The position numbers were made by a program, and so were the translations under genes. 64,000 nt of DNA from Clostridia bacterium. Lineage in GTDB: Bacteria > Bacillota > Clostridia > UMGS1883. The stretch lies in NCBI GenBank assembly GCA_045661145.1, contig JAZRFC010000081.1, positions 7,338-71,337 on the forward strand, written 5' to 3'. Below are positions 1-9,978 of this stretch, in pieces. The notes beneath the pieces were generated by a model, which was not told the origin of the DNA, made no database searches, and saw nothing but the letters and a program-made list of their open reading frames with translations. Position 1 is the stretch's first letter. Every line of letters starts with the position of its first letter.

Positions 1-525
1 CTCTGTGTTCATTGCGGCAAAGAAATCCTCGCCGTAGCCCTGCTTTTTCCACATTTCAACAAGCCACAAGGGGAAAGAATACCTGATACTTATGTATTCT
101 CCGCTTCCCTTATCAGTAGGCAGAAAATCTCCCGATGAAGCTGAAGCACGGAGAACTGCATTGACATAGCCTGCCGATGCCCTGTGACCGTACCGTCTGG
201 CAAGACGTACACACTCATTAACTGTTGCAGAAACGGGAATTCTGTCTAAAAATCTCAGGCAGAATACGCCGATTCTCAGGATATTATGAATCCATACGGA
301 AAGTTTTTTTAACTTTACCGAGGACAGATTTTTTATAATATTATCAAGATAAAGGGAATTTTTCATTACACCGAAAGCAATGGTTGTGGCAAGAGCGTTG
401 TCCCTTGCATCCATCCCTGCCTCTGAGAGAATAGAACGAAGCGCAATGTTAAGATACGCACCGTCTTTCTCCCACGAAACAAGTGCTTTCAGTGCCGCTT
501 CCCTTGGTTTTGAAAGATTACTCAT
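1..525 (-). CDS. rsmB: 16S rRNA m5C967 methyltransferase RsmB, N-terminal NusB-like part; gene runs off the left edge
   Basis: Own minus-strand translation from the ATG at 525-523: MSNLSKPREAALKALVSWEKDGAYLNIALRSILSE... ATGA start/stop overlap with the upstream peptidase gene. Fits the conserved def-fmt-rsmB neighbourhood. Absent from the ORF track because no stop lies in the window. Confidence 0.7.
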   Translation of the reverse strand, partial: MSNLSKPREAALKALVSWEKDGAYLNIALRSILSEAGMDARDNALATTIAFGVMKNSLYLDNIIKNLSSVKLKKLSVWIHNILRIGVFCLRFLDRIPVSATVNECVRLARRYGHRASAGYVNAVLRASASSGDFLPTDKGSGEYISIRYSFPLWLVEMWKKQGYGEDFFAAMNTE

Positions 526-1244
526 CAATCATTCCGCCTTCTGCCGCCTATGAGCATTATAAATCTTAAAAGGTTTGCAATGGAAACTGCCGCTGCTGCA
601 ACATATGTCATTGCCGCCGCAGTGAGAACCTTTTTCACGGCAGGAACTTCATCCTCATACAGATACATTCCGTTTTTAAGTGTTGCGATTGCTCTGTTTG
701 ATGCATTGAATTCCACGGGGAGTGTAACAAGCTGGAACAAAACTGCCGCAGAGAAAAACCATACGCCTAAATTAAGCAGAACATCGCTCATTGCTCCCGA
801 AAGCAAAAGACCTATGATAATAAGGTACGGTCCTGCCATAGAGCCGATATTTGCGATGGGTACAATAGTGTTGCGAAGCTTTATAGGAGCGTAGCCTACT
901 GCGTGCTGAACGGCATGACCTGCCTCATGTGCCGCAACACCTACTGCCGCAACAGAAGTGGAACTGTGAACAGAGTCGGAAAGTCTGATAACCTTTGCTC
1001 TGGGGTCATAATGGTCTGTAAGATTTCCCGAAACCCTTTCTACACGAACATCGTGAAGTCCGTTTTCGTCGAGAATTTTTCTTGCCGCCTGCTTGCCTGT
1101 AATTGAACGGGAGGTAGGCTTTTGTGAAAACTTTTTAAATGTAGAGGATACTCTTGCCGATGCAACCATAGATAAAATTGCAGTAATAAGAACAAGAATA
1201 TATCCTGTATCAAAACCGTAGAAATAGGGATAATAACCAAACAT
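525..1244 (-). CDS. membrane zinc metallopeptidase (HExxH, PF04298-like)
   Basis: 239 aa ORF with an HEAGHAVQH zinc-binding motif and N- and C-terminal hydrophobic segments. Confidence 0.8.
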   Translation of the reverse strand: MFGYYPYFYGFDTGYILVLITAILSMVASARVSSTFKKFSQKPTSRSITGKQAARKILDENGLHDVRVERVSGNLTDHYDPRAKVIRLSDSVHSSTSVAAVGVAAHEAGHAVQHAVGYAPIKLRNTIVPIANIGSMAGPYLIIIGLLLSGAMSDVLLNLGVWFFSAAVLFQLVTLPVEFNASNRAIATLKNGMYLYEDEVPAVKKVLTAAAMTYVAAAAVSIANLLRFIMLIGGRRRND

Positions 1245-1245
1245 T

Positions 1246-2175
1246 TTATATACCTCCTAAAAGAGTCCCCTTTTCAATTTTGTGTCCGCGGAGATAATCC
1301 TCGGCAGACATTTTCTTTTTGCCCTCAACTTTAAGTTCTTTTATAAGAACAGAGCCTTTTCCCGTTGCAACAAGGATTCCGTCTGCATCAGCACGGAGAA
1401 CTTCGCCGGGAGTTCCCTCCTCGTCGCATTCAAAAACAAAATCAATTACAAATCGTTTTCCGTTTATGAAGCTGAAAGCCTTGGGCCAGGGGTTAAGTCC
1501 CCTTACTTTATTATAAATCTCTGTGCTTGTTTTATTCCAATCAATTTCACCCTCTGCCTTGGAAAGCTGAGACGCGTAGGTGGAAAGTGAATCATCCTGC
1601 TTTTCGGGGGTAAGAGTACCCTCTTTTAATTTGTCAAGGGTTTCAAGAAGCACCTCTCCGCCTAAAACAGCAAGGGCATCGTGATATTCGCCTGCAGTTG
1701 TTTCCCTGCCGATGGGAAGCTCTCTTTTAATGAGCATATCTCCCGTGTCAAGTCCTTTCTCCATATACATACTTGTAACACCGCTTACCTTTTCACCGTC
1801 AATTACGGCACGCTGAATGGGAGCCGCACCACGGTATTTGGGAAGCAGAGAGCCGTGGATGTTGATGCAACCGTATTTGGGATAGTTAAGAATATACTCA
1901 GGCAGAATTTTTCCGTATGCCACAACAATGATAACATCAGGCTTATATTCTTCCAGAAGCGGAAGAATTGCTCCATCTTTAAGTGTTTCGGGCTGATATA
2001 CAGGAATGTTTTTTTCCAGAGCATATACCTTAACCTCGGGCATTGCCATCTCGTAACCCCTGCCCTTTGGTTTGTCGGGCTGTGTGATTACACAGACAAC
2101 ATTGCGGTTATCCTCTGCAAGTGTTTTTAACGAAACCTCCGCAAATTCGGGAGTTCCCATAAATAATATGCGCAT
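1246..2175 (-). CDS. fmt: methionyl-tRNA formyltransferase
   Basis: 309 aa. MRILFMGTPEFA N-terminus, HGSLLPKYRGAAPIQ motif, adjacent to def. Confidence 0.95.
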   Translation of the reverse strand: MRILFMGTPEFAEVSLKTLAEDNRNVVCVITQPDKPKGRGYEMAMPEVKVYALEKNIPVYQPETLKDGAILPLLEEYKPDVIIVVAYGKILPEYILNYPKYGCINIHGSLLPKYRGAAPIQRAVIDGEKVSGVTSMYMEKGLDTGDMLIKRELPIGRETTAGEYHDALAVLGGEVLLETLDKLKEGTLTPEKQDDSLSTYASQLSKAEGEIDWNKTSTEIYNKVRGLNPWPKAFSFINGKRFVIDFVFECDEEGTPGEVLRADADGILVATGKGSVLIKELKVEGKKKMSAEDYLRGHKIEKGTLLGGI

Positions 2176-2179
2176 AAAA

Positions 2180-2650
2180 TTACTCCTCTTTGCTCAGATC
2201 AAATACATTATCCGCTTTTTCAACATACAAAATGCCGTCAAGGTGGTCACATTCGTGACAGATGCAACGAGCATAAAGGTCTTCTCCTGTAAACTCAAAT
2301 TCGTTACCGTCACGGTCAAAAGCACGGACAGTAGCTTTCTGGGGACGGGTAACTTCACCTGCCTTGCCGGGGACACTAAGGCATCCCTCTGTGTCAGTAA
2401 CACTTCCCTCTGTATGGGTAATAACGGGGTTTATAAGCTCTAATATACCATCTTCCTCGCCAAGGTCGATAACAACAACTCTTCTTAAAATTCCTACCTG
2501 CGGTGCGGCAAGACCGACACCGTTTGCAAGAAGCATGGTATCCTGCATATCGTCTAAAAGGTCATGGAGCTTACTGTCAAATTTTTCTACCTCACGGCAT
2601 TTCTTTTTAAGACAGGAATCTCCTATTTCCCTTATTTTTCTTATAGCCAT
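2180..2650 (-). CDS. def: peptide deformylase
   Basis: All three PDF motifs are present: GVGLAAPQVG, EGCLSVPG, HECDHLDG. Confidence 0.95.
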   Translation of the reverse strand: MAIRKIREIGDSCLKKKCREVEKFDSKLHDLLDDMQDTMLLANGVGLAAPQVGILRRVVVIDLGEEDGILELINPVITHTEGSVTDTEGCLSVPGKAGEVTRPQKATVRAFDRDGNEFEFTGEDLYARCICHECDHLDGILYVEKADNVFDLSKEE

Positions 2651-2672
2651 AATTTTTCCTCCAAAAATACTT

Positions 2673-5105
2673 TTATGTCATACTGTATGGGTTTATATCG
2701 GTAACCACTGTTAAATCTCCGTTACGTTTTGACGGATTTTGGTGCAATACCTCGCGGAGTGCAGATATAAAGCCCTCGTCAGCCTTGCACTTAAGCCACA
2801 GCCTTACTCTGTAACGGCCCTGAATACGGCTGAGGGGTGCAGGTGCAGGTCCGTAGAATGAACAGTTTTCGTATGAACGCAGAGCAACTCTTAATTTCAT
2901 TGCGATTTCCGAAGCTCTTTTCTCTGCCGCATCCTTGTCCGTGGAAGAAACGGTAATATTTACAATGTCACAGAAAGGCGGATAGAAAAATTCCCGTCTG
3001 TAACCGATTTCTTCCTCAAAAAATGCCTTGTAATCTTGCCTTGCGGCAAGGAGCAGGGTGGGATTCTCGGGCGAATATGTCTGAATGACACATCTTCCCT
3101 CTTTTTTTCCTCTGCCGGCTCTTCCGCAAACCTGCGTTATAAGGTTAAATGTACGCTCCTGAGCGCGGAAATCGTCAATATTCAGCGATGCATCTGCCGC
3201 CAAAACGCCTACTAAGGTTACGTCCTCAAAATCAAGGCCCTTTGTAACCATCTGCGTGCCCAGAAGAATATCAATGTTTTCGTCTGTAAATTTATCAAGA
3301 AGTTTTTCATGTCCCCGTTTTCCGCTTGTGGTGTCTGCATCCATACGGAGAATTTTTGCACCCCGGAAAATGGATTCAATCTGCTCCTCGGCTTTCTGTG
3401 TTCCCTTGCCAAAATCTTTTACTCTTGTACTCTGACAATTGGGGCAAAGTGAACGCACCTTTTCCATATGACCGCAATAGTGACAACTAAGCACGTCCCC
3501 CGATTTGTGATATGTCAGCGACACATTACAGTTGGGGCAGGTGAATACAAAGCCACAGTCACGGCAGGAAACGAATGTGGAATAACCGCGCCTGTTAAGA
3601 AACAGAATGGTCTTTTCTTTTTTATTTATATTTTCCGTCATTTCGGCGGCAAGAAGCCTGCTGAGTACGGTTTTGTTTCCCTCCCTAAGTTCTTTCCGCA
3701 TATCGGAAATAAAAACTTCGGGAAGCGGTTTTTTATTAAAACGGTCAAGCAGCTCTATAAGAGTATACTCACCGCATTTTGCTTTGTAATAGCTTTCAAC
3801 AGATGGGGTAGCACTGCCCAGAATAAGAGGACATCCGTGCTTTTTTGCAAGAAAATGTGCAATGTCCCTTGCGTGGTATCGGGGAGAGGATTCGGACTTA
3901 TAGGACTGTTCGTGCTCCTCGTCAATGATGATGGCACCCACCTTATCGCAGGGTGCAAAAATTGCACTTCTCGCCCCTATAATGATATTTGCATCCTTTC
4001 TTCTGATTCTGCGCCATTCATCAAGACGCTCTCCAAGAGAAAGGGCACTGTGAAGCACCGCCACATTGTCACCGAATCGGTTGAAAAACCGTCCTGTCAT
4101 TTGTGGCGTCAGGGCAATTTCAGGTACAAGAATAATAACCTGCTTCCCTTTTTCAAGTACGTCCATCGCAATTTTCATATATACCTCGGTCTTACCGCTG
4201 CCGGTAACACCGTGTATTAAAAATGTGCCGTTTTTATTGTCTGTAACGGTTTTTACAGCTTTTTTCTGTGCATCGGAAAGATCGAGAGGTGCAGTATTCT
4301 TTTGCACCTTCCCCTCAAGAGGGTTTCGGAGTACCTCAACCTCTTTATAGGCTATAAATCCTTTTACATGAAGTGATTCTACGGCATTTCTCGTTGTGTT
4401 TGCCACTGACAAAAGGTCGGGGATACTCATTTCCCCGAATTTCATAAGCGCATCAAGAACTGCCGCCTGTTTGGGGGCGGACTTGCGGAGCTTTTCAATG
4501 GTGTAGGAAATATCCTCCTCACCGCTGTAATAAGCTACACGCACTGTTTTCTCCCCTGCGCGCCGCTTGTCACAAAAGCTTTTTTCACACACGCCTTTTT
4601 TTATGAGTGCGTTGACCGTAGCTCTTGCACCTCGTCCTATAACGCTTTTTATCTGGGACATTTCTGCGCTGCCCTCACTCTGCTCCAGAAACATTATAAG
4701 GCGTTTATGACCTGTTCCCGTTACGGATTCCCTGAGATCATAATATTTATGAGTAAGTGAAATCCATTCTTCAAATTTGGCATCTGTTCCGGGAGGGATG
4801 CACAGCTGTGCCGCCTCCGAAAACGTACAAAAGTACCTCTCGCGCATAAAAAAGCACAAATCAATACCATTTTTTGTGAGAACGGGCAACTCATCCGTTA
4901 CACAGCGTATGGGCTTAAGAGAGTCAAAGTCACTCTTCTCCTTAACAGCCGTAACAAAAGCCTCTTTGGGCATATTTCCTCCGCCGAAAGAAACCTTTAC
5001 CCTTACCCCCGGTACAATTTTGTCTTCCATTTCGGGGGGGACCATATAGTCAAAGGGCTTGTCAATATTCAGGTTTGTAGTATTAACATAAACCTGAGCA
5101 ATCAT
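2673..5105 (-). CDS. priA: primosomal replication restart helicase PriA
   Basis: 810 aa. Walker A GVTGSGKT, DEEH box (IIIDEEHE), Cys4 zinc cluster CRDCG..CPNC..CHYCG..CPNC. Confidence 0.95.
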   Translation of the reverse strand: MIAQVYVNTTNLNIDKPFDYMVPPEMEDKIVPGVRVKVSFGGGNMPKEAFVTAVKEKSDFDSLKPIRCVTDELPVLTKNGIDLCFFMRERYFCTFSEAAQLCIPPGTDAKFEEWISLTHKYYDLRESVTGTGHKRLIMFLEQSEGSAEMSQIKSVIGRGARATVNALIKKGVCEKSFCDKRRAGEKTVRVAYYSGEEDISYTIEKLRKSAPKQAAVLDALMKFGEMSIPDLLSVANTTRNAVESLHVKGFIAYKEVEVLRNPLEGKVQKNTAPLDLSDAQKKAVKTVTDNKNGTFLIHGVTGSGKTEVYMKIAMDVLEKGKQVIILVPEIALTPQMTGRFFNRFGDNVAVLHSALSLGERLDEWRRIRRKDANIIIGARSAIFAPCDKVGAIIIDEEHEQSYKSESSPRYHARDIAHFLAKKHGCPLILGSATPSVESYYKAKCGEYTLIELLDRFNKKPLPEVFISDMRKELREGNKTVLSRLLAAEMTENINKKEKTILFLNRRGYSTFVSCRDCGFVFTCPNCNVSLTYHKSGDVLSCHYCGHMEKVRSLCPNCQSTRVKDFGKGTQKAEEQIESIFRGAKILRMDADTTSGKRGHEKLLDKFTDENIDILLGTQMVTKGLDFEDVTLVGVLAADASLNIDDFRAQERTFNLITQVCGRAGRGKKEGRCVIQTYSPENPTLLLAARQDYKAFFEEEIGYRREFFYPPFCDIVNITVSSTDKDAAEKRASEIAMKLRVALRSYENCSFYGPAPAPLSRIQGRYRVRLWLKCKADEGFISALREVLHQNPSKRNGDLTVVTDINPYSMT

Positions 5106-5107
5106 AA

Positions 5108-5347
5108 TTATTCCTCAATAGCTTCCTTTGTAGCTTCATATTCAGCAACAGCATCGGAAAATCTCTGAGCTGCACTGCCTTTTACACATTTGATTTTTCC
5201 GTTTGCAATTTCATTGATTGCACGGGAAACAGTCTTGTCATTGGTTGAATCTGACTGAAGCTGACGAGCACGCTTTGCAGTCATAATAACAAGAGAATAA
5301 CGGGAATCAAGTCCCTCCATAAGTTTGGAAATTTCGGGATACAACAT
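5108..5347 (-). CDS. rpoZ: DNA-directed RNA polymerase subunit omega
   Basis: 79 aa, [15 protein letters not shown] motif, position directly downstream of gmk. Confidence 0.85.
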   Translation of the reverse strand: MLYPEISKLMEGLDSRYSLVIMTAKRARQLQSDSTNDKTVSRAINEIANGKIKCVKGSAAQRFSDAVAEYEATKEAIEE

Positions 5348-5362
5348 AATAATTACCTTCCT

Positions 5363-5971
5363 TTATTTAATAAATTCTTCTTTAATAAAATTATAGTTGC
5401 GTGCCATCACGCATTTTTCCGCCTCGATAATACTGTGAAGACGGAACACCGCCTCGGGAACGGTATCGTTTACGAGAACATAGTTATATTTGTCTATATA
5501 CTTAAATTCAGCTTTCGCTCTTTCAAGACGTTTTTTAATAACCTCATCGGTTTCCGTTCCTCTTCCGCGGAGTCTTTCTTCAAGGACTTCCACAGACGGA
5601 GGGATAACGAAAACAAATACTGCCTCGGGATAGTGGGAACGCACCTGAAGGGCCCCCTGCACCTCAATTTCCAGGATTACATTTTTGCCTTCCTCAAGCT
5701 GCTGCATAACGGCATCCTTGGGTGTGCCGTAGTAATTGTCACAAAATACTGCGTGCTCTAAAAATCCGCCCTCGTCAATCTTTTTCCTAAACTCGTCGTG
5801 GGAGAGGAAAAAGTAGCTGACACCGTCCACTTCTCCGTCACGGGGAGCACGGGTGGTTGCCGATACAGACAGAGCACAATCGTCGTATTTGCTCAAATAT
5901 TCCTTGCAGATAGTTCCCTTTCCTACGCCCGAGGGACCGGAAACTACAAGGAGCAAACCTTTTTTAGTCAT
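5363..5971 (-). CDS. gmk: guanylate kinase
   Basis: 202 aa. P-loop [15 protein letters not shown] motif. Confidence 0.95.
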   Translation of the reverse strand: MTKKGLLLVVSGPSGVGKGTICKEYLSKYDDCALSVSATTRAPRDGEVDGVSYFFLSHDEFRKKIDEGGFLEHAVFCDNYYGTPKDAVMQQLEEGKNVILEIEVQGALQVRSHYPEAVFVFVIPPSVEVLEERLRGRGTETDEVIKKRLERAKAEFKYIDKYNYVLVNDTVPEAVFRLHSIIEAEKCVMARNYNFIKEEFIK

Positions 5972-6233
5972 TCATATCATCTTCTTCCGTTATTTCTGTA
6001 TAGCTACCGTGACGAACAGCAATTGCTTCAGGTGTCAATGCTGAAAGCACAACGTGTTCGCTGTCCATAACGATAACGCTTTTTGTTTTTCTACCATAGG
6101 TTGCATCTATAAGCATTCCCTTTTCCCTTGCCTCCTGTGCAATTCTTTTCACGGGGGCACTTTCGGGAAGAGCTATGCTGATAATTCTCTCGTCGGAAAC
6201 GAGGTTTCCAAAGCCTATATTGATTAGTTTCAT
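5964..6233 (-). CDS. remA: RemA/DUF370 family extracellular-matrix regulator-like protein
   Basis: 89 aa. [10 protein letters not shown]...PVKR signature; conserved yicC-remA-gmk order. Confidence 0.8.
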   Translation of the reverse strand: MKLINIGFGNLVSDERIISIALPESAPVKRIAQEAREKGMLIDATYGRKTKSVIVMDSEHVVLSALTPEAIAVRHGSYTEITEEDDMND

Positions 6234-6238
6234 ATCAA

Positions 6239-7117
6239 TTACTCCACATTCTGGATTTGTTCGCGGAGCTTCTCTATTTCCGCCTTTACATCAATTACAA
6301 TTCTTGCAATATCAAGGTCGTTTGATTTAGATCCAATGGTGTTGATTTCTCTGTTCATTTCCTGTATAAGGAAATCAATCTTTCTCCCTACACTGCCGCC
6401 CTCGTCAAGCATCTTTGTAAATTGGTCAACGTGGCTTCTGAGTCTCACTGTTTCTTCATTTACATTCACCTTGTCCGAGAAAATTGCAACCTCTGTAAGA
6501 AGCCTTGTTTCGTCATATGTAGCACTTCCTAAAATGTCGCGCATTCTTTCCTCAATTCTCTGTCTGTATTCAGTAACGATTTCGGGGGAACGCTTCTCAA
6601 CCTCGGCCGTTGCATTGGCAATAAAACCAAGGTGTTCTTTAAGGTCACATACAAGCTTTTCACCCTCGGCAATACGCATTGTATCAAATCCGTCAAGAGC
6701 TTCGGAAAGTGCAGATATAATCGCCTTGGAAATAACCTCCTCGTCCACATCCGCCTTGTCAACGGTAAATACATCGGGAATACGGAGAAATGTTTCAGCC
6801 GTCGTATTAGTGGAAACTTCAAGCTCCTCGGAAAGGGTTTTAAGCCCTGCAAGATACTCACGGGCAAGAGCCGTGTTAACCTTGACAACACTGTCATCTT
6901 CACCGTTTGTTTCTACATTTACATATATGTCCACTTTTCCGCGGTTGATTCTTGCCGATGCGGTTTTTCTGATGGCATCCTCCATAAATGTATAGATACG
7001 GGGCATCTTTATAGAAAAATCGCTGTATCTTGAATTAACCGATTTAACCTCAACGGTAAAGGTTTTCGTGCCTGCCTCAGCCTTTCCGCTGCCATATCCT
7101 GTCATACTTTTTATCAT
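6239..7117 (-). CDS. yicC: YicC family stress-induced protein
   Basis: 292 aa. SMTGYG N-terminus and C-terminal [13 protein letters not shown] (DUF1732-like). Confidence 0.85.
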   Translation of the reverse strand: MIKSMTGYGSGKAEAGTKTFTVEVKSVNSRYSDFSIKMPRIYTFMEDAIRKTASARINRGKVDIYVNVETNGEDDSVVKVNTALAREYLAGLKTLSEELEVSTNTTAETFLRIPDVFTVDKADVDEEVISKAIISALSEALDGFDTMRIAEGEKLVCDLKEHLGFIANATAEVEKRSPEIVTEYRQRIEERMRDILGSATYDETRLLTEVAIFSDKVNVNEETVRLRSHVDQFTKMLDEGGSVGRKIDFLIQEMNREINTIGSKSNDLDIARIVIDVKAEIEKLREQIQNVE

Positions 7118-7271
7118 AGGAAAAACTCCATTCTGCTTGTGATAGGGTATAATAACCCATAATTATTTTACATTATATCATATATATAGTATTTTAGTCA
7201 ACCGTTTTGTGGCGGGTATGACAGCAAACCAAACAACAGTATATCTTTTTGAAAAAAATAAAAAATAATGC

Positions 7272-7300
7272 TTGCATTTCCTGAAAACCTATGTTAATAT
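7272..7300 (+). promoter_or_regulatory. sigma-A type promoter for tRNA-Arg
   Basis: TTGCAT (7272-7277), 17 nt spacer, TAATAT (7295-7300), about 20 nt upstream of the tRNA. Confidence 0.5.
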
Positions 7301-7321
7301 AATTGTTGCGTTTAACAAGAT

Positions 7322-7398
7322 GTGCTTGTAGCTCAGTTGGATAGAGTATTTGGCTACGAACCAAAGGGTCAGGGGTTCGAATCCCTTCAAGCACGCCA
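7322..7398 (+). tRNA. tRNA-Arg (anticodon ACG), CCA encoded
   Basis: Manual cloverleaf. Acceptor GTGCTTG/CAAGCAC, D-arm AGCTCAGTTGGATAGAGT, anticodon loop CTACGAA, T-arm GGGGTTCGAATCCC, then GCCA. Confidence 0.9.
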
Positions 7399-7402
7399 TA
7401 AG

Positions 7403-7440
7403 AATACAGATATCCTCATTTATGGGTATCTGTATTTTTT
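7403..7440 (+). terminator. intrinsic terminator after tRNA-Arg
   Basis: Stem AATACAGATATCC/GGTATCTGTATT followed by a T6 run. Confidence 0.7.
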
Positions 7441-7586
7441 GTTTTTTAAAAAGGATTTGAACCCCTGAGGGGGAATCGAGCCTGAGCGCTTCCTGTGGAA
7501 GATACAGCGAAGGCGCAGAGATGTGCAGCGGTCGACAGAGGTCACGCCAAAACGGCGTGAGAAAGGTCGGGGACCGCAAACGGGTA

Positions 7587-7608
7587 GAATCCCTTCAAGC
7601 ACGCCATA
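7587..7608 (+). repeat. 22-nt perfect direct repeat of the tRNA-Arg 3' end (copy of 7379-7400)
   Basis: GAATCCCTTCAAGCACGCCATA occurs at 7379-7400 (T-arm 3' half, acceptor 3' strand, CCA and 2 further nt) and again at 7587-7608. Confidence 0.9.
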
Positions 7609-7619
7609 TTAAAGGAAGA

Positions 7620-7647
7620 ACACTCACTTTTTGGTGGGTGTTTTTTT
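7620..7647 (+). terminator. second intrinsic terminator directly after the repeat copy
   Basis: Stem ACACTCAC/GTGGGTGT (one G-U pair) followed by a T7 run. Confidence 0.65.
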
Positions 7648-7655
7648 CATTTCAA

Positions 7656-7685
7656 TTGACAAACCAATTCCCAAGGTGTTATACT
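7656..7685 (+). promoter_or_regulatory. candidate promoter of metY-metA
   Basis: TTGACA (7656-7661), 18 nt spacer, TATACT (7680-7685); about 45 nt before the metY ATG. Confidence 0.5.
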
Positions 7686-7734
7686 AACAATAATATAATG
7701 GAAAGAATTTTGTTTTTGGAAAGAGGTCATAAAT

Positions 7735-9018
7735 ATGAAAGATTACAAAATCGGTACAAAATGTATTCAGACAGGCTACACTCCCGGAAACGGAGAACCC
7801 CGTCAGATTCCTATTTATCAGAGTACTACATTTAAATATGATACAAGCGAAGAAATGGGCAAGCTTTTCGATTTGGAAGCTTCCGGTTACTTTTACAGCA
7901 GATTGCAGAATCCCACAAACGACTGCGTAGCGGCAAGAATCGCGGCACTTGAGGGCGGCACGGCTGCTATGCTTACCTCCAGCGGTCAGGCGGCATCTTT
8001 TTACAGTGTATTCAACATCGCATCATGCGGTGACCACATCGTTTCTTCTTCTGCGATTTACGGCGGAACATACAACCTGTTTGCCGTAACGATGAAACGT
8101 ATGGGAATTGAGTTCACATTTGTTGCTCCCGATTGCAGTGACGAGGAGCTGGAAGCGGCTTTCCGTCCTAATACAAAGGCAGTGTTCGGCGAAACAATTG
8201 CAAACCCTGCCCTTGATGTTCTTGATATTGAAAGATTTGCAAATGCAGCCCACGCCCACGGTGTTCCGCTGATTGTAGACAATACTTTTGCAACACCCAT
8301 CAACTGCAGACCTTTTGAATGGGGAGCAGATATTGTTACACATTCTACCACCAAATATATGGACGGTCACGCAAGCGGTGTCGGCGGATGTATCGTGGAC
8401 AGCGGCAGGTTTGATTGGACAAAATATCCCGACAAATTCCCTGGACTTTGCACTCCCGATGACAGTTACCACGGAGTAACTTATACTGAAAGATTCGGAC
8501 TTGAGGGCGCATATATTACCAACGCAACCGTTCAGCTTATGCGTGACCTTGGCTCAATTCAGTCACCTCAGAACGCATACCTTATAAACTTAGGCCTTGA
8601 AAGTCTTCAGCTTCGTATGAAGCGTCATTGCGACAATGCCGAGGCAGTTGCAAACTTTGTAAAGGACCACGAAAAAATCGAGTGGGTACGTTACTGCGGA
8701 CTTGAGGGTGACAAGAACTACGAGCTTGGAAAGAAATATCTTTCGGGTGGCTCCTGCGGTGTAATCTCCTTTGGTGTAAAAGGCGGAAGAGCTGCAGCAG
8801 AAAAGTTTATGAAGAATCTCCGTCTTGCATCCATTGAAACCCATGTAGCAGATTCAAAGACCTGCTGTCTTCATCCTGCAAGTGCAACACACCGTCAGAT
8901 GAATGATGACGAGCTTCGTGCAGCAGGTGTATCTCCCGACCTTATCCGTTTCTCCTGCGGTATCGAGGATAGAGACGACATAATTGCCGACATTGCTCAG
9001 GCACTTGAAACTATCTGA
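7735..9018 (+). CDS. metY: O-acetylhomoserine sulfhydrylase (PLP-dependent, Cys/Met metabolism family)
   Basis: 427 aa. PLP-lysine motif HSTTKYMDGH; N-terminal IPIYQSTTF motif typical of the family. Confidence 0.9.
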   Translation: MKDYKIGTKCIQTGYTPGNGEPRQIPIYQSTTFKYDTSEEMGKLFDLEASGYFYSRLQNPTNDCVAARIAALEGGTAAMLTSSGQAASFYSVFNIASCGDHIVSSSAIYGGTYNLFAVTMKRMGIEFTFVAPDCSDEELEAAFRPNTKAVFGETIANPALDVLDIERFANAAHAHGVPLIVDNTFATPINCRPFEWGADIVTHSTTKYMDGHASGVGGCIVDSGRFDWTKYPDKFPGLCTPDDSYHGVTYTERFGLEGAYITNATVQLMRDLGSIQSPQNAYLINLGLESLQLRMKRHCDNAEAVANFVKDHEKIEWVRYCGLEGDKNYELGKKYLSGGSCGVISFGVKGGRAAAEKFMKNLRLASIETHVADSKTCCLHPASATHRQMNDDELRAAGVSPDLIRFSCGIEDRDDIIADIAQALETI

Positions 9019-9032
9019 ATTGAGGTGGCATA

Positions 9033-9950
9033 ATGCCTATAAAAATCCCTAATAAACTCCCTGCGGCAAAGGTGCTTGCCGATGAAAATATATTCGTAAT
9101 GGACGAAAAACGCGCATCCACTCAGGATATCCGTCCCCTTCGTATAGGAATTCTGAATCTGATGCCTACAAAAATTGAAACCGAAACACAGCTTGCCCGT
9201 CTTCTGGGAAATACCCCCCTGCAGGTTGAGGTGGAACTTGTGCAGGTAAGCTCGCATAAGTCGAAAAATACCTCTGAGGAGCATATGCTTGCTTTCTACA
9301 AAACCTTTGATGAGATAAAGGACCAGAAATTTGACGGTTTTGTAATAACGGGGGCACCCGTTGAAAAGATGGAATTTGAAGAGGTGGACTATTGGGAAGA
9401 GCTTTGCACCATTATGGAATGGACAAAGACCAATGTACACTCTACATTCCATATCTGTTGGGGTGCACAGGCGGCTCTTTACTACCACTATGGTATTAAG
9501 AAATATCCGTTGGAAGAGAAGCTCTCGGGCGTATACCGTCATAAGGTTGTGTATAAAAACCCGATGCTTATGCGCGGGTTTGACGATGAGTTTATGGTTC
9601 CTCATTCAAGACATACCACCGTGCGTATTGAGGATGTAAAAAAATGCAAGGATATAAAAATCCTTTCTGTTTCCGATAAGGCAGGACTTTACGCCGCTGC
9701 AACGGAAAAAGGAAAGCAGATTTTCATAACGGGACATAGTGAGTATGACCGTGACACCTTAAAAAAAGAATATCTCCGTGACGAGGCGGCAGGAATGAAT
9801 CCCAAAGTTCCCGAAAACTATTTTCCCGATGATGACCCTGCAAGGGACCCGATAGTAACATGGAGAGGTCACGCAAACCTTATCTATTCCAATTGGCCCA
9901 ACTACTTTGTTTATCAGAGCACACCTTTTGACATTACAGAAATCAAATAA
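9033..9950 (+). CDS. metA: homoserine O-acyltransferase (MetA family)
   Basis: 305 aa. [11 protein letters not shown]...ILNLMP N-terminus typical of MetA; 14 nt downstream of metY. Confidence 0.9.
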   Translation: MPIKIPNKLPAAKVLADENIFVMDEKRASTQDIRPLRIGILNLMPTKIETETQLARLLGNTPLQVEVELVQVSSHKSKNTSEEHMLAFYKTFDEIKDQKFDGFVITGAPVEKMEFEEVDYWEELCTIMEWTKTNVHSTFHICWGAQAALYYHYGIKKYPLEEKLSGVYRHKVVYKNPMLMRGFDDEFMVPHSRHTTVRIEDVKKCKDIKILSVSDKAGLYAAATEKGKQIFITGHSEYDRDTLKKEYLRDEAAGMNPKVPENYFPDDDPARDPIVTWRGHANLIYSNWPNYFVYQSTPFDITEIK

Positions 9951-9951
9951 T

Positions 9952-9978
9952 AAAACGGAGCGCAGTGCGCTCCGTTTT
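9952..9978 (+). terminator. intrinsic terminator after metA
   Basis: AAAACGGAGCGCAGTGCGCTCCGTTTT hairpin with a T-run. Confidence 0.75.

Noticed and set aside
7194-7602. ORFs 7194-7394, 7289-7579 and 7420-7602 (minus strand) and 56632-56862 (plus strand).
   Set aside because: They read through tRNA genes or their duplicated ends. The shared MLEGI.. starts are simply the antisense of the T-arm and acceptor sequence.
7440-7650. SAM-I riboswitch, c-di-GMP-I (GEMM) riboswitch, tmRNA or a second tRNA upstream of metY.
   Set aside because: No SAM-I core motifs were found. The GGGACCGCAAACGG and GAGAAAG strings only loosely resemble the GEMM-I GGACGCAAAGCC and GAAAG elements, and they are not in the right structural context. 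There is no 5' acceptor strand (GTGCTTG) to pair with the duplicated tRNA 3' end, and no tmRNA-like tag region.
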